From positions 16,573 to 80,572 of the IMG/VR virus record IMGVR_UViG_3300025889_000002: a stretch of DNA of 64,000 nucleotides; one strand, 5' to 3'. This document shows, piece by piece, positions 17,166 to 27,473 of the stretch (its first letter is position 1; every line of letters starts with the position of its first letter). Below the pieces are notes generated by a model. That model had not been told where the DNA came from. It worked only from the letters and a program-made list of their open reading frames with translations, and ran no database searches. This stretch comes from a virus. The translations under genes and the position numbers were made by a program.

Positions 17166-19093
17166 CTGTTCCTGTAGGCGCTATATGCGTCCGCAACATC
17201 GGCAAGAGCGTTGGCGTGGAACCCTTCGTCAATGGCACTGTAATGTTCAGCGCGTTTGCGAAGGTCGGCCACGACAATAGCGATAGCGGCGTCTGCGTCA
17301 GGCAGCCAGCAATCAACCATCTCAGCCACGTCTGTTTCAGACAAGCTTGGGAAGTTCCGGCGGATCATCGCCTTCGCCACTTCATCCCTAAGCATACCAC
17401 ACTCCTTCCCCTGCGCCGTCATCCGGCATTCTCGGTTAGTATGCCAGAGGGTTTGGGCGCATGAACCGCGCTTTCGTCCTTCGGATCGAGCCCTTCGGTC
17501 TCGCCGGTTCCCGCTTCAATCGCTTGCGCGAGTATCCGGCTCAGCTCGGGGTCTGGCTTAGGCGGGTGGCACCATTCGCAAGGGCGGATGCATAAACAAG
17601 AACCCTCGCCTTCATCGTAGGTGTCGCATTGCCAATCCCACGAGCATCCGTAGATAAAGCCTTCGCCGTGGCAATTCGCGCAATCGCTTTCATCAAAATC
17701 CCAGTAGGGGTCATCCCCCCGCTCAATACCAATCGGCATCGGTCTGCTCCATAAAACCAAGGGGGTAATTTTCTGGCAAGGGCATCCAAATGGCACCGCG
17801 CAGAAAATCATCGCCCAGAGGAAAGGCGTCTTCGCCATCAAGCGGACCATCGTCGCTCATCATCGCAAGGGATGACGAGCAGCCATCATCGCAGACTATG
17901 ACAACCTTTTGCCCTGGTTGCGGCGGGTCGATTTCCCAAGACGCCCACGCGTCAGGGATTGAAGCCTTTGGTGGAGACGGCACGGCTCCATCGCGAAGCG
18001 ACGAAAGCCCGCCCGGACGCACATCATCCTTATCCATCACACCCTCCCTCCGTTAAGCGCATCCAGAGCGGCTTTAAGCAAAGACCTGCGGGGTGTTTCC
18101 ATGGGCAATATCCGCCCGGTGTAGCGATGACCTCCGCCGAATGCGTGGGGATCGCGATTAGTGCGGGTAAGGCGTTCTATGCGGCTCACTTTGCGGCTCC
18201 TTTCAGGGATCGGATGGCTTGGGCAACATCGTTGCAAGCCTCATTGTAGATGTCGGGCCGCATGTCTCCAGCAGACGCAGAGGCATCAACGTAGTGCTGC
18301 GCATAGCGTTCGCCTTCAGCAGACTCCGCCGCCCGCTCGTATGCCTCTCGCACCTGTTCCTCCAACCGAGTGTTACGGGCTTCGAGTGCGGCGATGTGGT
18401 CGCGGGCAGCAAGGAACGTGCACTCAGGGCGACCGCACTTGCAATCGAGCAAGACAAGCATGTCCTGCGTCTGCTGTGCTAGATCACTCACTGGCCTGAT
18501 CCTTCGTTGAGTAGGTTGTCGATGCGAGTGATAGCCTCCCATGCGATTGCATCGTTCATTTCATGCCCACCGCCGGGGTCGCCTTCGCAAACCGCACAGC
18601 CACGACAATTGTTGCTTATGCGCTCCAGATACTCCCTCACTGTCATGAACCCTTCCCGCTCTCGCGTGGGGGCGGATAGGGCGGCGCAAGAGGGGCATGG
18701 CAGACCTAAATCAGACGGCAGCATGGTGCGGTGGCCAACGGGTGGATCGACTGCATAAACTCGAGCGGCTTCACGCGCCGCTGCCACCTTGTCGGCTTCG
18801 GTTTCGCAGGCGTCCTTATCCCAAGCCAGTTTTGCCAAAAGGCCCGTTGCCGCCTCGACGTTTGCCACCCAGTCGGCAAACTCATCCCGATAGCGGTCGT
18901 CGTCCCATTCATACGGCCCGCGCCCTTCCAGCAGCCAGCGATGCCCGTTGAGCGCGCGTTTAATGTGGCCAAGTGCGATTGCCACAATGTAGCGATCACG
19001 GTCGAGCAGATGGCGCATGTCTTCCAACCCCGCCGCGCTCGGCTCGGTCTTGGCGGATTTCAGCATTTCTCCTGCTTTGTTACCATCGGTCAT
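17162..19093 (-). other. Leftward cluster of small hypothetical genes, including a Cys-rich protein and 18488-19093
   Basis: Chained overlapping ORFs; two have homologs at 58859-59164 and 59694-60374. Confidence 0.6.
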
Positions 19094-19581
19094 GTGTTAT
19101 TTCCTCGTCTGGCGAGACTAACGGCACGGTGACGCAAATTCTTGCATGCCTTGCATCTCTTATATCCCGTCTTTTTGTTTATATATGTATTCTCTGGCGT
19201 GTACTCGTGGCCCCGTCCACAATGGGTCATCCCCTGAGTGGCCATCTTCCTAGAAATGCCACTGTTGCCCCTCTGAATGTTCACAATGTGGGTAACGGGC
19301 TCAAGGTGTTCTGGATTGCAACACGCCCGATTGCGGCACAAGTGGTCAACTACTAAGTCTGTAGGAACCCGCCCCTTAGTAAGATGGTAGGCAAATCGGT
19401 GAGACGATACCCGACCGAGCGGCTTGAAGTTGAATGACCCATAGCACTTAGGATTTAGATAGCCTTTCCACATCCAGCATTGGTCGCGCGTTCCGCGGTC
19501 TATTTTTGACCAAAACCTATCCTTCACTTTTTGCGAGATCGCTTCTGGGTCTGGGATGGGTTTGATTTTAATAGGCATCAC
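19090..19581 (-). CDS. HNH endonuclease
   Basis: RFWSKI..CWMWKG, VVDHLCRNRACCNPEHLEPVT..N. Confidence 0.9.
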   Translation of the reverse strand: MMPIKIKPIPDPEAISQKVKDRFWSKIDRGTRDQCWMWKGYLNPKCYGSFNFKPLGRVSSHRFAYHLTKGRVPTDLVVDHLCRNRACCNPEHLEPVTHIVNIQRGNSGISRKMATQGMTHCGRGHEYTPENTYINKKTGYKRCKACKNLRHRAVSLARRGNNT

Positions 19582-19718
19582 CTCGATCCTTTAAATATCC
19601 GCGCAAACAGTCCGGGCCTCTCCATGGGCAGGATGCGCGCGTTGTAGTGGTAGCCGCCGCCAAAGTTCTGGCGGGGTGCGAACCTGTGGCTGCGTTCGTA
19701 TGTGTGCGAGCGGGTCAT
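19578..19718 (-). CDS. Conserved 46-aa protein
   Basis: Nearly identical at 57355-57498; paralogous motif at 18037-18189. Confidence 0.65.
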   Translation of the reverse strand: MTRSHTYERSHRFAPRQNFGGGYHYNARILPMERPGLFARIFKGSR

Positions 19719-22062
19719 GATGCGCCTCGGGCTTTGGCGATGGCGGCGCGGGCGCGTCGCTCACACTGTCCCTTGATCGTGAATCCGCCATGCTCGCGCA
19801 GGCATTCCTCCAGCGCTTCCAGTAATTCCGGTGCGGCTGCGATTAGGCGAGCGTTTGCCTCCCAAGGATCCGTCCCGGCTTCACGATGCTTGGCCAGCGT
19901 GATTGCATCCCTCGCTTCCGGATCAGAGGCTTGGCAGATGATGCCTCCACGGAATTGCCCCTGCTCGGTGACAGGTGCGCGGACACAACCCCAATCGTCA
20001 TACTCATCGGGTCGGTAAGCCCACGGTCCCGGCGTGTGGTTCGTTCCCATCTCAAACACTCCCTGCCATTGATTGTGCGTCGTCTATGGATATGCCCTGC
20101 GCTGCCAGCGATCGCACAAGTGCGGCAAAGGCGTCTGCATGTCGCTGCTCGACCTCGGGATATTCGCCTGTGCCGTCTGCTGCCATTTCCACGGCCAGGT
20201 TGGCGTCCTTCATTTCGAGATAGGCTTCCTTGATGGTCATGGCTGCTTCCTTTTGGCGAGGATGGCGCGAAGGCCAGCCAATGCATTGGCTTGTTGATCG
20301 ATGAGGCTGCGGAGATTGCCTTTGGCGTCCCGCATCTCTGCGTTGGACAGGGCGTCATACGCCGCAGGGAAAAGTCGTACCGCCTCCATCGCCTCATCCA
20401 GTTGAGCACGTAGGTCTGCTATCTCTGCCGTGAGGGGGCGGGCGGCTTCGGTGCGGTGGCGGGCAAAGGCTTTGACGATGGGAAAGTGGTCACCTTGTCC
20501 CAGCCGAATTTCTTTGGCCTGCCAGTCTTGGCCACCGGCTTCCAAAAGACGAACTGCACCATTCCGATCAGCCTGCGTCACCTCCGGCACGTCCTTGGTC
20601 CTATCCATGGGTTTCTCCTGTGGGGGTTTCGGTGTGTTCTTTTCGAATTTCGCGCTCACGGATAAAAATCCGGTCTAGGGTATCATGCGGAACCAGCTCA
20701 ATCACCGCTCTACGGAAGGCGTCTGCATCTTGAATATCGTGCATCCGCTGATTGATAAGCGTGAGACGCTTCTGGATGCTCTGATGCTTTAAACCCAACG
20801 CCTCGACAGACCGCTTATCCCCCTCAGCTTTCGCTCCCATCAATTCATTCTGAATGCGGACAAGCTCGGTTACCAATTGCCGTCTCTCGCTAAGGCATTC
20901 ATCCTTGGAATAGTTCGCAGCCGACTGAATTAGGTCATCTTCAGCGACGAAACCCGCCTGAGCCACGGGAGCAACAACAGTTCGGCGCGCCCTACGCTGA
21001 AGGCTGCGTGATGTGCCTTTATACATATCAGGCCTCCATCCAATTCCGCCTGCGCGGATCAACGCCGTGATAAGCACGCATAGCCGCAGCATGGTGTTCC
21101 GCGTCGAAAACGTCCTGACGTTCGATCATCTCCCGCAGTTCCGCGTCGTCTCCCGTGTCGATTGCAGCCTGTGCTTCATCCATCCACTGTTGGCGGGTGA
21201 AGAGAGGGTAATCGGCCTTGGGGAGGTCGCCTGAGAGGATGGCGTAAGCACGCTCGCGGTGCGGCAAGCTGCGGGCCGTCTGGTTGTAGGCGGTTAGGGC
21301 GCGGGTGAGCGGGGTTACGGCGTTCATGCCAGACCTCCGCGCGGGCATTCCCAGTCGCATTCTTCGGATCCTGCCTTTGAGCAGTAACCGTCCGGCATCA
21401 TCCCACAGTCGAAGTTATTCCGGCAATGCTCCCACGTCTCGCCGCAGCAATCGCAAAGACCATCATCATCCTCTGGTCCGCAATGATATTCGGCAACCGC
21501 TTCAGCGTCCGGATAGCCACACTGGCGGCATTCGTCGGGAAGGTGAGCGCCATCTTCCAGCCACTCCGATCGAGCGATAAGACCGCCGCAGGAAGGGCAC
21601 CAATGTCCATCCTCGTTGACAGACCAGCAAGCCACTTCGTCATCCAACGTCATGCGCCTTGCTCCAGCGCGAGATCCGCGTCTTCTACCGCCTCGGCAGC
21701 CTTGCGAAGGTGATCCTGCGCGCAGATGGATGAGTCCAGAACTGCATCAATCAGTTCATAAGCCTGCTTGAGGCGGCTGTCGTACCAATCGGTGGATTGG
21801 CTCTGCACCCCACCCTCGGCGCGTTCGATCTTGGAGGGGGTCATTTCCAGCTCTCCACCTGATCGCAAAGCGGGCAGAACCCATCAGCAGCGGGTGTTGA
21901 AAAAGCCTTCCGGTCCGCCTCTGTTGCGGTGCGCACCCTTGTGATGCGGTATATCCCGCCAGCCAAGCGCGGCTCGCCATCTTTGTAGATGAATGCGGCG
22001 CAATGGTTCGGCAGGTTCGCGGAGAGGATCATTGCCTCATATCCGCTGTCTTGCTCAGCCAT
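19715..22062 (-). other. Leftward early cluster of small hypothetical genes
   Basis: Chained ORFs including an HTPGPW...ANARLIAAAPELL-type protein (19715-20059). Confidence 0.6.
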
Positions 22063-22119
22063 CGGTGAAACTCCCACCCGACAGATCTGCGGGATGCAGT
22101 CCTTCGTCGGTGTGGGGCC

Positions 22120-22210
22120 TTTCTGTACGACTTTAGCACCCATGTCAACAACAGAATGTGCGATTATCGAAAATAAATGTCTTGCACGGGGTGCGATTAT
22201 CATGCAGAAG
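22120..22210. promoter_or_regulatory. Divergent promoters with repeated operator GTGCGATTATC
   Basis: Leftward TTGACA (22143-22148), rightward TTGCAC (22182-22187); repeat at 22158 and 22191. Confidence 0.6.
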
Positions 22211-22216
22211 CTGGTT

Positions 22217-22420
22217 ATGGAAAATGCAAAATCATATGCGAGCCGGGTGATTGATGCACTTGGGGGCACAACCAGCGTGGCGAAGGAAATAGATTCGCCA
22301 AAGTCTACAGTTCATAGCTGGAGGGTCAACGGTATTCCGTCTTCCAGGCTATCTCACCTCAAGCTGCTTGCGTGGTCAAAACGCATCGACTTGCCCGAAC
22401 AGGATATTGGCAATGAGTGA
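22217..22420 (+). CDS. Cro-like HTH regulator
   Basis: VIDALGGTTSVAKEI..PKSTVHSWRVNGIP. Confidence 0.8.
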   Translation: MENAKSYASRVIDALGGTTSVAKEIDSPKSTVHSWRVNGIPSSRLSHLKLLAWSKRIDLPEQDIGNE

Positions 22421-22983
22421 ATGGCAAGACATTTCGACTGCGCCGAAGGATGGGACGTGGATACTGGTAGCGGGCACCGTTTGGGCCGGCGAAGTCGCCG
22501 GCATTGCAAGAAACGCAAAGCCTGAAGTGAGTATAGCGAACTACACAGGCGGCAACAGCGATTATCCCGGCGATTGGTGGAATGAGGCTGGTGGAGATTA
22601 TTACGCTTGCTGGTGCCAACCCACCCACTGGCAGCCCCTTCCCACCCCTCCCGAACAGTAAGGAACGCATGATGGAATACTACGAACACAAGCCGGTTGA
22701 ATACCCAAACCTACCCATCGGACTTCGCATCCTGTCATGGGCTATCGGCGCTGCAATAGGCACTGCGCTTTATCTGGTGGCCTATCACCTTGCACAGGTT
22801 CTTGCGGCATGACCCCCGACTACCGCGACCGCTACTTGCAATCCAGGATCCAGTTAGCCGACACCAAGGCTGCTCTTGGAAATGTGACCCACGCACTCCT
22901 ACTCGCCTGCAAAGCTTTGGAGAGCGAGGGCCACGATGTCAGCCACCTTAGAACAGCCGCAACAGAGACTGAAGGATTACGCT

Positions 22984-23541
22984 ATGAATAGGCCAGTGGA
23001 GATAACCCCTGCTGTCCTGCGCGATCTCATATCATACGATCCGGAAACTGGCGATATGGTATGGAAAGAAAGGCCCGCAAAGTTTTTCATCGGAGCGAAA
23101 AGGGACGGCGATTGGTCGGCTAAGCAGTGGAATAGTCGGCTAGCGGGTAAGCCAGCTTTGGCTTCGGTTGCCGCTACCGGTTGCCTCAACGGAAGCGTTT
23201 TTGCGCAACCCCTTCTGGCTCATCGCGTGGCGTGGGCCATCTACCATGGAGAATGGCCTAAAAATGAAATTGACCACATCAATGGGAATAGGGCCGATAA
23301 CCGAATTGTTAATCTACGAGATGTTCCGCGCTCTTTGAACGTCAAAAACTGCAAACGCCGAAAAGACAACACTTCAGGTTTCGCAGGAGTGTACCGGTAT
23401 AAGAACCGATACCTCGCCCATCTTCGCATTAACGGAAAACTGAAGATCGTTGCTCGGTGTGACACGCCAGAAGAAGCTTTCGCCATTCGCGAGCAGGAAA
23501 AACTCAAATATGGCTTTCACCCAAACCACGGAAGAGATTGA
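22984..23541 (+). CDS. HNH endonuclease with AP2-like C-terminus
   Basis: YDPETG, AHRVAW, IDHINGNRADNRIVNLR, NTSGFAGV. Confidence 0.9.
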   Translation: MNRPVEITPAVLRDLISYDPETGDMVWKERPAKFFIGAKRDGDWSAKQWNSRLAGKPALASVAATGCLNGSVFAQPLLAHRVAWAIYHGEWPKNEIDHINGNRADNRIVNLRDVPRSLNVKNCKRRKDNTSGFAGVYRYKNRYLAHLRINGKLKIVARCDTPEEAFAIREQEKLKYGFHPNHGRD

Positions 23542-23543
23542 GA

Positions 23544-24209
23544 ATGAACGATATTTTTCTTGATTGCGAGACACTGCCAAGCCAATCGGCTGAATACCGC
23601 GCAGAGGTCCGCGACAGCATTACCGCCCCGGCACAATACAAGAAGCCGGAAAGCATTGCGCAGTGGATCGCAGACAACGGCGATGCGGCGGCTGACGAGA
23701 TTGTAGCCAAGACTAGCTTTAATCCCGCGCACGGCCATATCTGCACGATTGGTTTTGCGATTGGTGATGAGCCAGTAGAAACTCTCAGTATTGGGTCAAA
23801 TATTGATCTTGAGTGGGATATCCTACACGAGTTCTTCGAAGCACTCCCCACGCAAGGGCTTAACCGCTTCATCGGCCACTATATCAGCGGCTTTGATCTG
23901 CGCTTTATCCTGAACCGCGCAATCGTGCTTGGCGTCCAATTGCCGCCTAGCGTCATGTTCCCCCGCGACATTAAGCCGTGGTCGGATAATGTGTTCGACA
24001 CGATGGTAGCATGGGCGGGGCCGCGCGATAAGATCAGCCTAGACGATCTGTGCAAGGCTCTCGGCATTCCCGGCAAGGATGGCTTTGACGGATCGATGGT
24101 GGCTGAAGCATGGGCGAACGGCGAGCATGACAAGATCGCCAGCTATGCAAAGGATGATGTCGAGCGCGTGCGTTCGGTGTTCCGCAAGTTCGCAGAAGTG
24201 GGCTACTGA
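23544..24209 (+). CDS. DnaQ/PolB-like 3'-5' exonuclease
   Basis: FLDCET, GHYISGFDLRF, YAKDDV. Confidence 0.8.
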   Translation: MNDIFLDCETLPSQSAEYRAEVRDSITAPAQYKKPESIAQWIADNGDAAADEIVAKTSFNPAHGHICTIGFAIGDEPVETLSIGSNIDLEWDILHEFFEALPTQGLNRFIGHYISGFDLRFILNRAIVLGVQLPPSVMFPRDIKPWSDNVFDTMVAWAGPRDKISLDDLCKALGIPGKDGFDGSMVAEAWANGEHDKIASYAKDDVERVRSVFRKFAEVGY

Positions 24210-24210
24210 T

Positions 24211-24795
24211 ATGAGCAAAGCAATCATTACCGCACTGGCGAAGGTTTTGCCGACGCTTGAGAACGCCAAGAAGAACGCGGCTAACCCGCACTTCAAAAGC
24301 AAGTATGCCAACCTGTCGGCGGTCATGGAAGCCGTCGAGCCGATCAAGGCACACGGTCTATGGTATCGCCAGCAGCCCCACGACAAGCCTGATGGTGCAT
24401 GTATCGAAACCATATATCTGCACGAAAGCGGCGAGGAAATGAGCGCGGGTTTGACGTTCGTAAAGGCCGACAAGCAGAACGCACAGGGCTTTGGATCTGC
24501 AATGACCTATGCGCGGCGCTATAGCCTGCAAACGGCGTTCGGTCTGGATGCCGAGGATGACGATGGCAATGCGGCCTGCCCGCCCAAGCAACAGCCTGCA
24601 CCCAAGGTCGAGACAATCACCGACGCCCAGCGCGAAGAACTCATGCTGCTGTGTGACCGGCTTAACGTCCCTGTTGACCGCTTCCTGAGCGTTGGCGGGG
24701 TCAAGGATTTAAGAGAAGTTCCCGCATCACAGTTTGGACAAGCCAAGCAGTGGATCGAAGCGGAAGGCAAGAAACTGGAGAACAACAATGCTTAA
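24211..24795 (+). CDS. ERF-family single-strand annealing protein
   Basis: [27 protein letters not shown]. Confidence 0.9.
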   Translation: MSKAIITALAKVLPTLENAKKNAANPHFKSKYANLSAVMEAVEPIKAHGLWYRQQPHDKPDGACIETIYLHESGEEMSAGLTFVKADKQNAQGFGSAMTYARRYSLQTAFGLDAEDDDGNAACPPKQQPAPKVETITDAQREELMLLCDRLNVPVDRFLSVGGVKDLREVPASQFGQAKQWIEAEGKKLENNNA

Positions 24796-25189
24796 TCGTG
24801 CAATGATCATTGGCCACCTTGGCGCTGATCCTGAAATTCGCTCCTTCCAATCGGGAGGTAAGGTCGCAAACCTGCGCATTGCCACTACGGAAAAATGGAA
24901 AAAAGACGGCGAGCAGCAAGAGCGCACCGAATGGCACAGCGTTGCGATTATGAATGATGGGCTTGTCGGTGTGGTTGAACGCTTCCTGCGCAAAGGCAGT
25001 AAGGTCTACATTGAAGGCCAGCTTCAGACGCGCAAGTGGCAGGACCAGTCTGGCAATGACCGCTACAGCACCGAGATTGTTTTACGCGGCTTCGGTGGAT
25101 CGCTTGTGATGCTCGATGGCGCGCAAGGCCAGAGCAACAACGACAGCTACAATCAGGACGCTGGCGATAGCGGCGGCGGTTGGGGTTAA
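24788..25189 (+). CDS. ssb: Single-stranded DNA-binding protein
   Basis: [35 protein letters not shown]. Confidence 0.95.
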   Translation: MLNRAMIIGHLGADPEIRSFQSGGKVANLRIATTEKWKKDGEQQERTEWHSVAIMNDGLVGVVERFLRKGSKVYIEGQLQTRKWQDQSGNDRYSTEIVLRGFGGSLVMLDGAQGQSNNDSYNQDAGDSGGGWG

Positions 25190-25196
25190 GTTACGG

Positions 25197-25262
25197 TCAG
25201 GCAATATCGAATACGGTTGCCTGAGGAAGCCACGCGGCGGGCCGTGGCCGTTAGAGCCCGCC
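25197..25262 (+). other. Hairpin plus H-type pseudoknot
   Basis: TCAGGCAA/TTGCCTGA; GCCACG/CGTGGC crossed with GGCGGGC/GCCCGCC. Confidence 0.5.
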
Positions 25263-25282
25263 AATCAATTCAGGAGAAACAC

Positions 25283-25624
25283 ATGCTCCCCCGTAAAATC
25301 GCCAAGAAGGGAAACCGCACCGCGCGCTGGAAAAGCCAAGCCCATTGCACCTTCGTTCGTGGACATCATTGTTCCGTTCCAGGATGCGAGGAAATGCCTA
25401 TCGAGGTGGCTCATGTCCGCTGCGGTTCGGATGCAGGAATGGGTCGCAAGCCGTCAGACTGGCACACGATAAGCCTTTGTCGCGAGCATCACTCCCAGCA
25501 GCACGCTATCGGGGAAGGTTCGTTCGAAGACCTGTATAGCATCGACATGTCCGAACTGGCAGAAGAGTTTGCCAAGGCCTCGCCCAAGTGGCGGGAGATA
25601 CAAGAGGCGCGGCGCAATGGGTAG
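25283..25624 (+). CDS. DUF968 / putative HNHc nuclease family protein
   Basis: HCTFVR..CSVPGC, AHVR, GMGRKPSD..TISLCREHH..QH. Confidence 0.7.
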   Translation: MLPRKIAKKGNRTARWKSQAHCTFVRGHHCSVPGCEEMPIEVAHVRCGSDAGMGRKPSDWHTISLCREHHSQQHAIGEGSFEDLYSIDMSELAEEFAKASPKWREIQEARRNG

Positions 25625-26009
25625 CCGCACGATATTCCTGATAGGTGAAAGCCAGCGCGACTATGCCAAGCGGTCCATTGATGAAGCCCCTGCGGACTAT
25701 GTTTGCAAGATCACGAAGGTAACACGTAGCGATAAGCAGAACCGCAAGCTTTGGGCCATGATTCGAGACATCCAGGAACAGGTGCCCGAAACCGCGACAC
25801 GTTCGGCTGACGATGTGAAGTGTCAATTCCTGAATACGCTCGGTGTAGAGATGCGCTATTTACCAACGCTTGATGGGGGCGGCGTCTTCCCAACCGGAAT
25901 GCGCTCGTCACAACTCAACAAAGAGCAATTCGCAGCGCTGATTGAATTGATCTTCGCTTGGGGCGCGCGTCACGAAATCAGGTGGAGTAAGGAGAGTTTA
26001 GAGCCATGA
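25617..26009 (+). CDS. ninB: NinB-family recombination protein
   Basis: RSDKQNRKLWAMIRDI, RSSQLNKEQFAALIELIFAWGA. Confidence 0.85.
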   Translation: MGSRTIFLIGESQRDYAKRSIDEAPADYVCKITKVTRSDKQNRKLWAMIRDIQEQVPETATRSADDVKCQFLNTLGVEMRYLPTLDGGGVFPTGMRSSQLNKEQFAALIELIFAWGARHEIRWSKESLEP

Positions 26010-26575
26010 GAGTTCTGGTAGCATGTGAATATAGCGCGGTTGTGCGTGATGCCTTCCGTGCCCGCGGCTTCGATGCCCGTGATATAGAGGGCTTTCCCGG
26101 TTATGTTGTCACGGCCTGCGGGCAGGTGTTCAGCCGTAACCACCCGACCGGACCGCTCCGTTGGTTCAAGCCGCTAAAAGGCCACATTGATAAGAAGGGC
26201 TATCATGGTCTGACGCTGTGCAACTCTGACGGGCACTTCCCCCGCCGTGTGCATCGCTTGATTGCAGATGCTTTTCATCCGAACCCGGACGACCTTCCCT
26301 GCGTCCGCCACATCAATGGCAATCCTGGAGATAACCGGGCTGAAAATCTCGCGTGGTCCACTTACGCAGAAAATGAGGCTGATAAATGGGCGCACGGGAC
26401 CTGGAATACCCGTCGCAACGGGAAGCTTTCCATCCCCCAAGTAAAGGCTATCAAGCGCCAGATTGCTGCTGGCGAGGTGCACCAAGAGATTGCCGACAAA
26501 TACGGTGTCAGCAGAATCACCGTGACCCGTATAGCCAAAGGCACGACGTGGGGAGATGTCCCATGCGTGTCCTGA
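26006..26575 (+). CDS. HNH endonuclease fused to a methyltransferase-like N-terminus
   Basis: First ~24 aa resemble the next gene's start, then VHRLIADAF..VRHINGNPGDNRAENL and a C-terminal HTH. Confidence 0.8.
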   Translation: MRVLVACEYSAVVRDAFRARGFDARDIEGFPGYVVTACGQVFSRNHPTGPLRWFKPLKGHIDKKGYHGLTLCNSDGHFPRRVHRLIADAFHPNPDDLPCVRHINGNPGDNRAENLAWSTYAENEADKWAHGTWNTRRNGKLSIPQVKAIKRQIAAGEVHQEIADKYGVSRITVTRIAKGTTWGDVPCVS

Positions 26576-27156
26576 TTGGTTGCGAGTTTTCCGGCTCTGT
26601 CCGTGAAGCGTTTCGCACAAAGGGATTTGAAGCATACTCATGCGACATTCTCCCTGCTGAAGATGCCAGCCCGTTCCACATCGAGGGCGACGTCCTCGAC
26701 GTTCTGAATGACGGTTGGGCACTTGGAATTTTCCATCCGCCATGCACTCACTTGGCAGTAAGCGGCGCACGCTGGTTCAAGGACAAGCGGCAAGAACAGG
26801 CGGAGGCGTTGGAGTTCGTCCGCACCCTGCTTGAGGCGCCAATCCCACATATTGCTCTGGAGAACCCCGTCAGCATCATATCAAGCCGCATCCGCAAGCC
26901 AGACTGCACCTATCAGCCGTAGGAGCACGGGCACGGCGAGATCAAGCGAAGCTGCCTGTGGCTCAAGAACCTGCCGCCGATTAAGCCATCTAAAGTGGTC
27001 GATGGACGGGAAGCGAGGGTTCATAAGATGGCTCCTGGACCTGACCGTTGGAAAGAACGATCCCGAACTCTTGAGGGTGTAGCCAAAGCTATGGCCGATC
27101 AGTGGGGCGACTACCTTTTATCACTTCCGAAATACAAGGAGGCAATCAATGCTTGA
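26563..27156 (+). pseudogene. Phage DNA cytosine methyltransferase-like gene with in-frame TAG at 26920-26922
   Basis: MRVLIGCEFSG, HPPCT, ENP; same frame continues EHGHGEIKRSCLWLKNLP...AMADQWG. Confidence 0.7.
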
Positions 27157-27473
27157 AGACCCTACCGTTACCTACGCCCGCGCCTGCAATGACGCTCAAT
27201 GGGCGGCTAAACTCGAATCCCGTCTGGCATCACGCAAGCAAGCCCGACAGTCTGGCGAGACACAGGTATCAGCCCACCGTCGCACTCTCAGCCCACGTTA
27301 CGCAAAATGAGCGCCGCTGAATACCTACGCCACAAAGCCACCATTCTGCGCAAAGCCGCTGACAATCCCCGCAAGGGCTACAGCGAAGAGACACGCGGGA
27401 ACATGATCTACGCGGCAACGCAGCTTAATGTTGCTGCCGACGAATTGCAGAACGAATTTAACGAGGAAGACTG

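Larger units (their letters stand above)
1..23543. mobile_element. Phage unit A (partial podovirus-like genome: head, tail, lysis, leftward arm, Cro)
   Basis: Continuous phage gene set, syntenic with 39171-63666. Confidence 0.9.

Noticed and set aside
25221-25280. Hammerhead ribozyme (CTGAGGA plus stem)
   Set aside because: The required GAAA after stem II is absent (CGTTA).
26920-26922. Genome-wide TAG reassignment
   Set aside because: Only one case seen; TAG ends other genes normally (8315, 17165, 51843, 56461).
27309-27330. GAGCGCCGCTGAAT match to the two-hairpin motif
   Set aside because: Lacks the complementary 3' strand; it is the start of a small ORF.
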